A stretch of 63,997 nt of DNA, filler included, from Collodictyon triciliatum (taxonomy: Eukaryota), in assembly GCA_043381765.1 (NCBI GenBank). It is 6 parts of 6 records of this genome, joined end to end, with 100 filler letters (N's around TTAATTAATTAA, not from the genome) between each part and the next. Parts side by side here need not be neighbours in the genome. Positions count along the whole stretch, not along the records: positions 1 to 20,221 come from JBHJMP010001250.1; 5 more parts are not named here. One strand, written 5' to 3'. This document shows positions 1 through 11,355 of this stretch, piece by piece. The translations under genes were made by a program, and so were the position numbers. The notes below the pieces were generated by a model, which was not told where the DNA came from, did no database searches, and saw nothing but the letters and a program-made list of their open reading frames with translations. Each line of letters opens with the position of its first letter. Position 1 is the stretch's first letter.

Positions 1-97
1 AATACAATACAATACAATACAATACAATACAATACAATACAATACAATACAATACAATACAATACAATACAATACAATACAATACAATACAATACAA
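1..97 (+). repeat. (AATAC)n microsatellite at window start
   Basis: Perfect pentamer tandem repeat. Confidence 0.95.
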
Positions 98-623
98 TAA
101 AAATAAATGACTAAGTAATGAAACACGGTGAATAATAAATATATTAATAATTAAAAAAAATCAAGTCAACATAAAATAATAAATAAGGCGACGAAAGGGC
201 GAATGAAAATAATAACAAATAGAACCATTCATATGCGTATAGATGCACATCCACAACAAACTCATGGAAAGAAGCAAAACCTGGCACGATTGCTGGCTGT
301 ATATGTAAATATTCCACCCCACAAAGCAGATAAGGAAGAAGAGAAAATAAAGTTGCGACCTCCGCGTCCGGATGACAGCCATTCACGGCACACTGCACAG
401 ATCACATAAAGCATAATGATCAATCCTTTTCCCTTCAAAGTCTTTTCTATCCACACTCTCCTTCTCTTCATCTTTGAGCCAAACATCGACAGTCCTTGTC
501 CCAACATAGCTTTCGTGACTGTGCGCCCAAACACTTTCTTGCACACTCCAGCTCGGGGCGATGACAGCAAACAAACGATATTCATTGGCCTTTGTTTTCA
601 GCTTATTTTTTTTTTATCGCATA

Positions 624-745
624 CTAGAAAAGGTATACCAACTTTTCGACTGGTAAACCTGGTTCGCTAGTATCCAAGGTCTCACCATTTTTTTCACATA
701 GGTCGTTTAGTGGCGAACGCTGCCAGGAAAGACCCAACAGCCCGT
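624..745 (-). ncRNA. Putative Fanzor omega-RNA scaffold / element right end
   Basis: Immediately 3' of the Fanzor RuvC-III motif on the same strand. Contains hairpin GCTGTTGGG-TCTTT-CCTGGCAGC (741-719; pairs by G-U only on the minus strand), stem CCTTGG-ATACTAGCGAA-CCAGG whose loop ATACTAG is complementary to the terminal CTAGTAT, and hairpin AGGTTTACCA...TGGTATACCT. The last 69 nt recur at 34392-34460. Confidence 0.6.
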
Positions 746-2639
746 TTTTTAAAGAAAGATGTAGGCATATTTTGAAGGATTAAAAGAACTTGCTTGAGTA
801 TATCTTTTTAGCGCTATTCAAGTCCCTTGTCAAGAGTACAGTTTCTTTGCTTTCTGAGCGATTGTATTCTTTAAATACGAGGCATCTATACACCTTTTTT
901 TATATTTCCTATCAGTGTCATGTATTCCAGTTCTTTTTCGCAGTTGCATCACATCTTGGAGGTTCTAAATTCATTTACAATAAATGTTTCAAAACGTTTG
1001 GATAGTATTTTTCGTAATCCTCTTCCGATTGTTGGCATAAATACTTCATTGGAGATTTTCTACTCCTGCCTCCATACACCAGTACAACATCCTTGCCAAA
1101 TGTCTTTTCGATTCGGTCCATAAACAATTCTTCACTTCTTTTTGTATTAACATACTGTCTCCATCCCATCTTTCGAAAAGTTACTTGTTCATAAAATGTG
1201 GATAATTCTATCTGGCATCTTGATTTCATATGTACATATTTTCGAATTTTTTCATAATCGACCGTGCATGAATTATATTTACTCAGGTCTATGTCTAAAT
1301 CGATTAAAGATACTCTTGATGTCTCAAACAGCTTATTCTCTTAAATAGTCATTTGACCAAAAGAAATAGCTCTTTGTAAACGTGTTGCCATGCTTATCGC
1401 TGAAGAATTGTACTTTTCTTTATTCTTGCACAAGAGTATTTTGCGATTATTTATAGATTTGGTATCATGTCTTCATTAGTGTGCCGTGCAACGTAATTTC
1501 TTACCTTTCTCATCCACCATGTAAACCAAATTAAACTTGCCTGCGTCCACCCCAACTGTTTTTTTTTCTCGCTAATGAAGATATCTGCTCTTCGGAAAGG
1601 TCATCTGTATAAACATATTCTTGGATTTTTTTAATTATATTTGGATTTTGAATTTGAAATATCTTTCTTTCCAAACAATAATGACACCGCCAAGCCGTCT
1701 GATTGTATCATATATTTAAAATTATAGTCTCTTTGATGAAACCCCTTTTCTTCATTTCAAAGAACTCATCCCATAGGGTCTCTTTGCATCCTGATATGTT
1801 CTTCAGTAATTACGTTTTTCAAATAATACTAATAGACCCATCAAACATGCAGTATCTAGATTAATATGACATGGTATATTGTTAGTTCTTGTAGAGATTG
1901 GTTGAAACAGTTTGACTCCAATGTCCTCAAAAATGCGATTCATGTAAATCAGACACGGAATGTACTTATTTGGATTGACTTTGGCATCATATTTGATACC
2001 ATTTACAATATCGCTGGGAATGATACGATTCAAATGTATTTTAGCCCATTCTTTACATTGTTCCGGGTTTTCGAGTTTCACGAAGATGGTTTTTTAAACT
2101 TTCGTAACTCTGCCTTTTTAATAGCTTCCGTCATATTCTTCATCTTTAGGAACTGTTTGATTTATAAAGCGCAGTAGCCTTTTTACAAAATGTTCCTTAA
2201 TGTTATTATGATAAGCTGTTAACACTTGCTTCGCCAAGTACGGTAATACACGAGACAGTCCAACCAACAGAAAGCGTTCTTCTTGGGACAAAAGGAATAG
2301 AAAATCATTGAGATAAAAAGCCATCATGTCATCTCTCAAACCTGGTTTTTTTTTTAAAAAAAAATCATGCGGGTCTATCTTGTGAAACTATTCCGACTGT
2401 CTTTAAAGCGTACAAAAAAACTTTCCATCGATTGTTGAGAGTTATTGTGATTTCAATATGCAACATCTTGCAAACAGATAAGTGTCGGTAACCAAATTAT
2501 GACACAATAAAACCATATCGTTGATTTTGTAATAGTCATCCGCATTCTTTACAATCGACTTTAGAGATGTTTTCACATTTTGATAGCATAGCTTTACAGA
2601 CTTTTGATTATCAGACTCGAGTCATTATCTTTTCCTCAT
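740..2639 (-). pseudogene. Fanzor1 (TnpB/Cas12-like RNA-guided endonuclease), frameshifted and with premature stops
   Basis: Manual translation across frameshifts gives: N-terminal YQNVKTSLKSIVR..KINDMVLLCHNLVTDTYLF; YHNNIKEHFVKRLLRFIN; LFQPISTRTNNIPCHINLDT; YNFKYMIQSDGLAVSLLF; RuvC-I VGVDAGKFNLVYM (D 1545-1547); FRKMGWRQYVNTKRSEELFMDRIEKTFGKDVVLVYG; MPTIGRGLRKILSKRFETFIVNEFRTSK (RuvC-II E 970-972); Zn finger *CNC...VYRCLVFKEY; RuvC-III TRDLNSA (D 822-824). About 630 codons, no introns evident. Confidence 0.9.
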
Positions 2640-3364
2640 CTAAAAGTCTTTGTTTTGCTTTTTCCTACAGGAAACTACCGAGTTTTCAATTTTAGTAAAA
2701 CTTTAGTCAAGCAGTCAATTTAAAAATAAAATAAAAAACAACTGCATAAAATCAGTTTATGTAAAATTAAGCATCTACTGAGACTCTCAAAATATGTGCT
2801 TTGTGACAAACAAACACATCAAGTTTTTTTATAAGTGATTTGAGACAAAACCCTGAGAGCCGATTCGGCGAGTTCGAAAGGACGGCCGTATAGCCATTGC
2901 AACTGAAAGTCAACATATCGGCCCCAAACAACATAATTACCACCGTAAGTGTGGATAGCATGCTTTTTTGGAATGCACGTTTGGTGGCAGGTTTATAGGG
3001 TGGGTTCTGTCCAGGCCAAGACAAGAACTTGTTTGTCATTTTTGAATTCTAATGCAATAATATTACACCATGGAAAATAAAATATAAATTGATTACATGA
3101 ATAGAATGAGATTATTAAGTATTTTTTAACCTTATTATATGCTAATTATATTATTCAGGTTGTTTCTTAGATTCATCAAAGCTCCTGCTTTTGTCGATCC
3201 AGACTTAATTCGGTGATTGTCTGTGCAATAAACTGCTATATCTATGGGTACACATTCGTTGTATAAAAAGTGTTGTGCCTTGGAAGGGATAAAACCACGT
3301 TCGTCACAACCTTTGTAATGAAGTTTATCCATTTACAGGCTGAATGAAACTGAAGAGAATGGAA

Positions 3365-3555
3365 AGAAAAAAGAGAAGAAAAAAGAGAAGAAAAAAGAGA
3401 AGAAAAAAGAGAAGAAAAAAGAGAAGAAAAAAGAGAAGAAAAAAGAGAAGAAAAAAGAGAAGAAAAAAGAAAAAGAAAAAGAAAAAGAAAAAGAAAAAGA
3501 AAAAGAAAAAGAAAAAGAAAAAGAAAAAGAAAAAGAAAAAGAAAAAAGAGAAAAA
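3365..3555 (+). repeat. Purine-rich tandem repeat (AAAAAGAGAAGA)n / (GAAAAA)n
   Basis: Direct reading; source of the spurious poly-K/F ORFs. Confidence 0.9.
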
Positions 3556-4175
3556 GATACGGATGATTGAATCATAGTAACTAACACTGAGCACTATATT
3601 CATACTGACCTTGCTGCCCGTGGGTAGATGGCTAGATCTTGAGGCCTTTTTTTATTCTCCTTCATTATCATTATCATTATCATTATTACTCGTTTCAAAG
3701 AGCTCACTACGTCTTATTCATAGGTTGTTGTACTCACGGCTCGGTGGCAGCCGGCGTCCTGATCGTCGGTGTGTCTCGGGGCATAACCTGTGTGGTAAGG
3801 GATGTGGTAAAGTGACCTTTTCGCTCTCTGCGTTGACTGCGTCAGCCTTCTCGGTTTGCGTGCGATCAGTAGGCATTCATTGGCGCAGGGTTGTGGCACT
3901 GGTCTCCTGGTAGGCGGTCTCGTCCTACTCGGGATCGCTCTTTCCGATCACTTGCTTCCTTGCTTACTTTTTTTTTTCGGCTTTAGAATGTAGTGGGTTG
4001 GGAGAAGAAGGAAAGAATGCCAATGTTATAATATTACTTTTTAGAAAATGTCCTTTCTCTCTCAGTGTTTATTATTTCTCAGTAAAACAGATAGTTTTTT
4101 TTTTTTTTTTTAATGATTGTGTTCTTTTTCATTGTTCCTCTCAAATCTCTCAGTGCGATCACCACATTTATTCAC

Positions 4176-4290
4176 ACAAACAAACAAACAAACAAACAAA
4201 CAAACAAACAAACAAACAAACATACAAACAAACAAACAAACAAACAAACAAACAAACAAACAAACAAACAAACAAACAAACAAACAAACA
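4176..4290 (+). repeat. (AAAC)n microsatellite
   Basis: Direct reading. Confidence 0.95.
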
Positions 4291-4404
4291 GTTCAATTTT
4301 TTTTTTATATTCGCTTTATTGTGGAACGGTATATCGACAAGAGCGACGCCGCTGGATGCGCTGGGGCGATGACGTGTGCCCATCACATGCTGCATTCCTG
4401 GCCC

Positions 4405-7400
4405 TCACAAATCCAAGACTTCATCTGTGAATGTACGCGAGAGTTGGTCCAGCATCTCTGTGTTTGGTGATAAGAGGAGATATGCAAAATTTGAGTTCCT
4501 TTAGAAATGTGGATAAATGGTGGATACAACCGATGCAAGCTTGATACTAATGCAGACAAATTATCGAGGCATACCAAGCTCTCCAGGTTGCGTTGTCTCG
4601 TAAACCTGGCTCAGCTATTGGAAGGAATCAGGTGCTGTTAAACACACGCTGATTTGTGCGTCCATGTGTAATTAATTAATCATGAGCATCAGTCGCCACA
4701 GCGAATTACCTGCCAGATTCGAATGACACCTTTTGCATCGCCGGTTGCCAAAAGGTCCTTCTGTTTCGGATTAAAACAAACACTGTAGACCGGCGCAGAG
4801 TTTTGATAGGTTTTCAATACTGCTGCAGGTTCATATTTGCTTTTCTGCGAGTAGATATTCAAATTAGTTTTCATGAGGCCGCCCAGGGTGCGCGCCGAGC
4901 AGAGGTGTCAAAGTGATAATATATCGCACTTACTTTCAATTACATATGCAATTTGTCAGATAGAATATATATAGGGATTATAATCACACCATCAAATCGT
5001 ATATGTAACATGCACCATCGCCGCATGCCACAGCAAATACAAGCGGCCGAAATCCAGAAAACGAAACGTCATAAGGATAGCTCGACGATGGCATAAATGT
5101 CAGGACGGGCCTTTTCTACAAGTCAAGCAATAGAGCAAAATGATAATCAATTAGTCGAGAGGGTTGTTCAAATTCTTTGTGAGATGTTCGAGACTATGGA
5201 AGTAGGGAAAGTGGTTATGTTGATAATTAGTATCTGCCATTCCTGCAGAAATGGCCAATCCCTAAGTGGCCACAGCATTACATACCACGAATAAAGACGA
5301 CAAACGGATAGTGGAGTCAGCACTGCAACTGAGAAAGATGTTTCGATGAAAAGGTGAGCACATAACCCCGTGAATCGGCCCAGTGTGTTGTTCGTACGAC
5401 ATCTCAATTTGACAGGCTGCATCTATTTTGGTATTGGCACAATCGAAATTAGAGGAGACCAAAAAATCAGACCAATATACAATAAAGGGAAAAATCATTT
5501 TAGTTTCGGATTATTCGATTAGCATTATCATTATCATGATTTTTATTAAAAAGAGGCATTTTACAGCTATGTAGAGATGATAGAAAATTGATACCTTTGG
5601 TTTTTCCTGTAAATAAGGAGCATCGAAATATATTTCCTCCCTCAGTCCCAACTAGGAATTTGTTTCGGTCTTCTGCAGAGAAAGCCAAAGATGTCGCTGG
5701 AAAAGAAAAAGCAGTTCATGAAAGGCTTTCGTTTCCTTTTCCTTTTCCTTTTCTTTTTTGTTTTGCCGAATTAATCGTAAACCTGAGACATTACCATTTT
5801 ATGTTGCTTGTGTACATAATGAAACTGTATTCTTGATATATGTAGCGAAGATAACCTCCTTGGACAACGTCTTGCATTACCCGACCAGCGTTCTTGCTAT
5901 TGGAGGCAGCAGACACACTCGACACAACACGACAACTACCACAATTATAGATTATGTTGCCAAATATTTCTAACCCTTTGTGTTTAATGTAGCTGTGTGT
6001 TCTTACACAGAATTTTTTTTATTTAGATATATTGATTGAAGGAAACTGTGCGATGGATTCGATGGCAGTAGTATAGATAAATCAGAAACTGAATGGCTAA
6101 CCCTTGTAGAGGTTCCTTTAGATTATTGTTCTTGGCCCAAGTCAAAAGCTTTCCATCAGTCCCTGCACTGATAATCTAGTGAAGATTGATTAGTTTCACA
6201 AGCCTAAAATAAGGGTTAAGGAAAAACTGGCTTAAGAGAGCTGATACTGAGCGCTAATCTAACCACCTGACAATATTTTGCATTTGATCAAAAAGGAAAT
6301 AAAAAAAAAAGAAAGAAGAAGCTACTATCGCATTCACATCTCAGCCCACCTGATAACCTTTTCCGTTGGGAAGTGGATGCCAAACGAGCTTTTCACAATC
6401 GAATGGATAGAAGGTGATTAATTTGAAAGAATGTTTCATACAACATTCAAGGACAAGATAGTAATCAATAACCGTGCAATCCTATCCACAATGCTTGAAT
6501 CATAAGATGACACATAAATTCAGAAACCTTGGATATGGGTTCTTTGTGAGATGTTTCTGATAGAGGAGATGATGCCAACAAAGGTTCGGCTATATTTCCG
6601 ATATTCCACAGGTATATTTCACCTAATAGATTAAAATAAATTAAAGAGCGTGTAAATGCTTCTGATTAATAACAAACTGGCGTTTTTGATATCAATATAA
6701 ATGAATCGTAGAATTTCCCAACCATTGAACGTCCCTCCAGCAATAATTGCAGGATGCTCAGGATGAAAGGTAATACACATCAGACAATGCTGATAAAACC
6801 AAGTAAATGAAGTTATTAAAAAAATCGAGGGGTCCTAATTTCATGTACATATTTATCATCGAACGTTTTATTTTCTTCTGAGCGGTCGAATTTAAAAGTA
6901 ACTCGGTTACATCAAGTTCGATAACAACTTCAGGTTTGTTCCCTTCAAGTCCCCGTCGAAATATGTTCCAAACACATAGGTATGAACGATGCTGGCACCA
7001 GTTTTCGTGGTCATACCGCCCGTATCTAGAGCGGACAATGACAGGAGCTTATTCTTTGCAAATGAGATATTTTTGAATTCTCAATCCGCATATGTGAAAA
7101 AAAAAACCAATAGTCAAATAAATTGAAAGAGAAAAGAAAATGATTGAACCGAAAAGAAAAATATGCCAATCATTGGGATAAATAATGTTAATTTGTAGTG
7201 TCCATTTTCACAGATTATTAAATCTTACGCTGCAGCAACCAAAGAGCCAGTGGAGTTCCACGCGATTTCTGTGCATTGCAGATCTTCGAATTCACTTTTG
7301 TATTGGAGTTCATACAACATATTTACTTGGTTACGCTCGTCGTCCCATGAGACATACCAATCTATTAATATTTTGAGGCGTGTATGAAGAGATCTTTTAT

Positions 7401-8498
7401 TTGAGTCATTATGGGATTCATAAATTTTTTTTATTTAAACAATATCTAGATGCAATACAAGATATCAAACCGAGACTCACCTTGAAAAAGCAAAATTTGT
7501 GAAATGACAAAATAAATGGAATAATGATGAGAAATTGGTCACGTGCATCCACAAGAAAACTCATATGACCCACTCCAAAAATCATATGTTCATTTAATTA
7601 GAAAGAAAATGTAGACTGACCATCAAGTGCACGGCTATTAAGGTTGGAATTGAGTGTCTTCATTACATCAGGAACCGCACGGTTGAGAAATTCCTTCAAT
7701 CCAGGAAACTCTTGGTCTTTAACACTGGCAACTTTTGTGGCGATGTTGTCTGTTTGAACCTTTGATAGAATTGAATCTCAGCAGATTGTCCAACTAAGGG
7801 AACACGAAAGTTGATGTCTTTTATCTTCCAAAAGGTGTAAGGTATCTCCATTTGTTGGGGATTTATTCCCTTTTATCATAATGATGGCATATTATTATTA
7901 TTATTATTATTAAGAAATCAGGGTTGAGAAATTATAAAAAAAAGAAATAATCAAGTGATTGGAATGAACGAAATGAAAATTAAGCTAAAAATTGAATAAA
8001 ATAAAAGATAAAAACAAATAAAAACAAATAAAAACAAATAAAAGCAAATAAAAACAAATAAAAAATAAAACAAAATAAATAAAATAAAAAATAAAAAATA
8101 AAAACAAAAGATGAAAACAAAAGATAAAATAAAAAGAAATAAAAGGAAATAAAAACAAAAGATAAAAACAAAAGATAAAAACAAAAGATAAAAACAAAAG
8201 ATAAAAACAAAAGATCAAAACTAGAGATAAAAACAAAAGATAAAATAAAAAGAAATAAAAAGAAAAATAAAGATAAAAAAGGATGAAATAGTAATAATAC
8301 TTAATTTTGGATATTTACTTGAATTTCTCGCTTTTCATGAGTCTGGCACTCGGACTGGGCGGTGGACACAACCTCTGTCTGCATGCTTTGGCTTCTCGGG
8401 GCGCGCTGCTGACGCCAAGAAGACGGGAAGTGGCTCTGAGTACAGTCGCTGTCGCCCAAAGACGCAGCCGGTACGGAATTCGCTGCTTGTACTGACAT
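4405..8498 (-). CDS. WDR34: Dynein-2 intermediate chain WDR34 (WD40, retrograde IFT), multi-exon
   Basis: Spliced exons read SSWRQQR..MQTE; LKEFLNRAVPDVMKTLNSNLNSRALDG; CTEIAWNSTGSLVAAA|YGRYDHENWCQHRSYLCVWNI; FHPEHPAIIAGGTFNGEIYLWNI; FSAEDRNKFLVGTEGG; HTGPIHGVMCSPFHRNIFLSCSAD; FNPKQKDLLATGDAKGVIRIWQ|LSQVYETTQPGEL|EMLDQLSRTFTDEVLDL*. Motif order matches WDR34; introns are GT-AG. Confidence 0.88.
7995..8280 (+). repeat. A-rich degenerate minisatellite (GATAAAAACAAAA-like) in WDR34 intron 1
   Basis: Direct reading. Confidence 0.8.
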
Positions 8499-8891
8499 AG
8501 TGCGCCCTGGACCGAAGCGCCTGAGTACTTGAGTAAGTTCCATAACACCAATATACCTTCGAACAAAAGGCCTGCCCGAAAGGACTTTCACATGTTCCGA
8601 TTGAAAATGGATCAGCCAAGTTCGCCTCGATGCTGTATTTTCCACATTTTGTTGGCGTTAATGCCCTTTTTCGTCAGATGCAGGTTGGCCAGAGGGAAGA
8701 AGCGACCATCACGCAACAAAGGCACAGATTTTGTGTCCACCCCCCTCACGAAATAAAAAAAAACCACTCGCTCGTGTGATGCAGCAAAGTATCTAGTTTG
8801 CTAGAGCCAGAAAGAATGGACAACAACTGGAAGTTACTTTATGATTTCGATTGAGCAGAGATTTTTTTTGCTGTAAATCAGCAAATAGCAA

Positions 8892-11047
8892 TCAAATAAA
8901 CACCAAGTTGTCATCATCGCCAGGCCCAAGCAGATCAACAAGCCCATCCAACATCTTATGCTGATTTTCGTAGTTGTCGGTATTATTCTCGAGAGAAGCA
9001 AGGAGCATCAGGTACTGTCCCATTAGTTGCTTTTGTCTATTCAATGGAAATAGTATCAATTCAAACCCCCTGATATAAAATATTAACTCATCAGAATGAG
9101 AAAGGATTTACAAGCATTTGATTACTTGTGGGGAATGTAATCCTCAGGGTAGTGGTCATCAACGTTCTTGGGCTCTCCCTTTTCATTCAACATGTTTTTT
9201 CGGGTGTTTCCTCGGGCCGCTGCTGCTTTTTCTTCCTCCACCTAGGCAATCCATCCAAAAAGTTTATTAAATTAAACATGTGAGTTATGCCAATCCATCA
9301 AAAGGGGGTTTACATATTCCAAAGATTCTGGCCACTTACTTGAAGAGCCCTTTCTTTCTTATCCCTCTTTTTCATATGTGATTGCGATGCTTGCAAATTG
9401 TTTACAATCACAGCAATGAACAGATTGATAAAGATGAACGTCTCCATAACAATAAAGGTAATCAAGTACACAATCTACATCGTTTGTTTCATCAACATCA
9501 TTATTCTCAGATTATTTCACAATGATTGGGAGGCGGTTAATTGAAAGAATTACTATGGTTGGGTCATTTTCGCTCGTGTCTCGGTAGATCTATATCAAGA
9601 TATTGTCAACAGTCGCACTAACCTGTTTACAAAAACAAGTAGAATAAATTATCCTACATAAAACCATACCTTGAACCAATCGTCTAGTGAAACGACAGTA
9701 AACAAAGTGAAAATTGATATCCACATGGAGCCGAACTTCTCCGGGTCTATTTCTCCGTAAAGAGTTTTTCCAATAATTGCAAAAACAACTGTTTTTTTTA
9801 TTTCTTAAGAGTCAAGGGAATACTTACATCATGTACCAACCGAATAACGAGCAACAAAATACGAACTATGTATTCATAGATGTCTTTGGATACACAACAC
9901 CAGAAATAGGAGCATGACGATGCTCCCAAGAGCTGGTATGGACTTCAATAATGTGCTCACGATGATTTGAAGATTCTTCAAGAAGCTTACAGCTCGAAGT
10001 GCTCTTAAACCTCTAATTGCACGCACAGCACGAAAAACTCTCAGCAATCGGAAGATTTTTGGGTTGAAAGTGGCTGCAGAAGCGATAGCGAATTTAATCC
10101 AATCGATGAAACTGGTGCACACGATGAAAAAATCTGCATTTAAGATTATCTTGTAAAGAGTCGCAAAATGGTATTATCATCAAGTCATAGTTCCTTTTCA
10201 ATATTACAGGGAATACAGCTGCGTAGATTGGTTCTTTACCAAATGTATTCCATCCGCTGTGGAAGTAATTCGATCGAAAAACAAATGCCTTCATCAAAAA
10301 TTCGCTCACATAAATACCCAAGAATACATTGTCGATGAGCGACAGATACCATCCTGTGGAGGAGTGGAAATTTTTTAGATTATAATTTTTGAGATGTAAA
10401 GACAGATAGCATAAACTGAATTGAATTAAATGAACAAATCTAAATTCATAATATTATCCTAATATATATATTTCGCCAATAAATCTCCATTTCCATCGTA
10501 CAAATTATACCAGCTTTCATAGATATTGATTTATCGGATTGAACAGCAACGATAATCGTATTCAAGAAAATAACAAATAGAATACTATTTCCGAAAAACT
10601 TGGACTCTACCACCTTTGAAAAAGATTCCTTTTGATAGATCTTCAAATACAGTTTAACATAAAATGATGGCCATGAAATATAAACATTCTAATCAAGCGT
10701 TGATATTCCATACTTTGAGCATGTACTGCCTGATCGGTGACCATTGCATCAGCATGCGTTTCTTTCGAGCGGCGGCCAAACTTCTGTGATGAGTCATTCA
10801 TATAATCTTACATCCAGTTTGATAACAACAACGCAGTACTGAATCGCTATGATCTTTAAAAAAGAAAATCTAAAGAAAAACAAACCCGTGCGTCTGCGAC
10901 TTTAATGCGCTTGGCAGAGAATCGGAAGTTGTCGTCATCGAAGTAGGGTAGGAAGAGGATGACTTCGAAACGCTTTCTGAATCAGTGATGGAGCGTGATT
11001 CAGTGTCGCTCTCAGAGACAATCGAATGACTATCATCCTCGGCGGAG
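8892..11047 (-). CDS. CatSper1-like single-domain 6TM Ca2+ channel subunit (5' end unresolved, possibly in the N-gap)
   Basis: S1 FFGNSILFVIFLNTIIVAV; S2-S3 IDNVFLGIYVSEFLMK..YFHSGWNTFDFFIV; S4 FRLLRVFRAVRAIRGLRALR; pore SIFTLFTVVSLDDWF; S6 FIFINLFIAVIVNNLQ; C-terminal QKQLMGQYLMLLASLENNTDNYENQHKMLDGLVD. The (T/S)LDDW filter and this tail resemble CatSper1. Confidence 0.8.
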
Positions 11048-11355
11048 CTGTAGGGAATGAATAGAGGTAATTGTAATAGAAAGCAGATGAGTTGTTTTCA
11101 TTTACGTATTGATTGATATATTTTTTTTATTTATGCGAAATAATCGGTGTTTGTCGATTGATATTCCTCATATTAGAGGTCATATAATTAATTATTTTTT
11201 TTGGAAGTTTACGATGCCATTTTAAATATTCGATATTAAGAGGCAGAGCCTGAATATGCTTGATGGAAAACAAGCAAGTATTATTTACTCCGGCCTCCTT
11301 TATTTACTATTGCCTTCTCCTTTTATTTTAGGAGCTTCTAACAGACGGATAAAGG

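Noticed and set aside
1-97. (AATAC)n as a possible telomere
   Set aside because: It lacks the G/C-run pattern of telomeric repeats, and a similar pentamer tract occurs at 61180-61255; an ordinary microsatellite at a contig break.
3160-3215. LFLRFIKAPAFVDP on the + strand resembling the RasGAP FLR...PA...P motif
   Set aside because: The spacing is off by one, the frame closes at once, and there is no other GAP sequence.
3612-3630. A|TCTACCCACGGGC (-) as the 5' Helitron end of the Fanzor element
   Set aside because: Only loose similarity to the ghost 5' end; it cannot be distinguished from chance without more copies.
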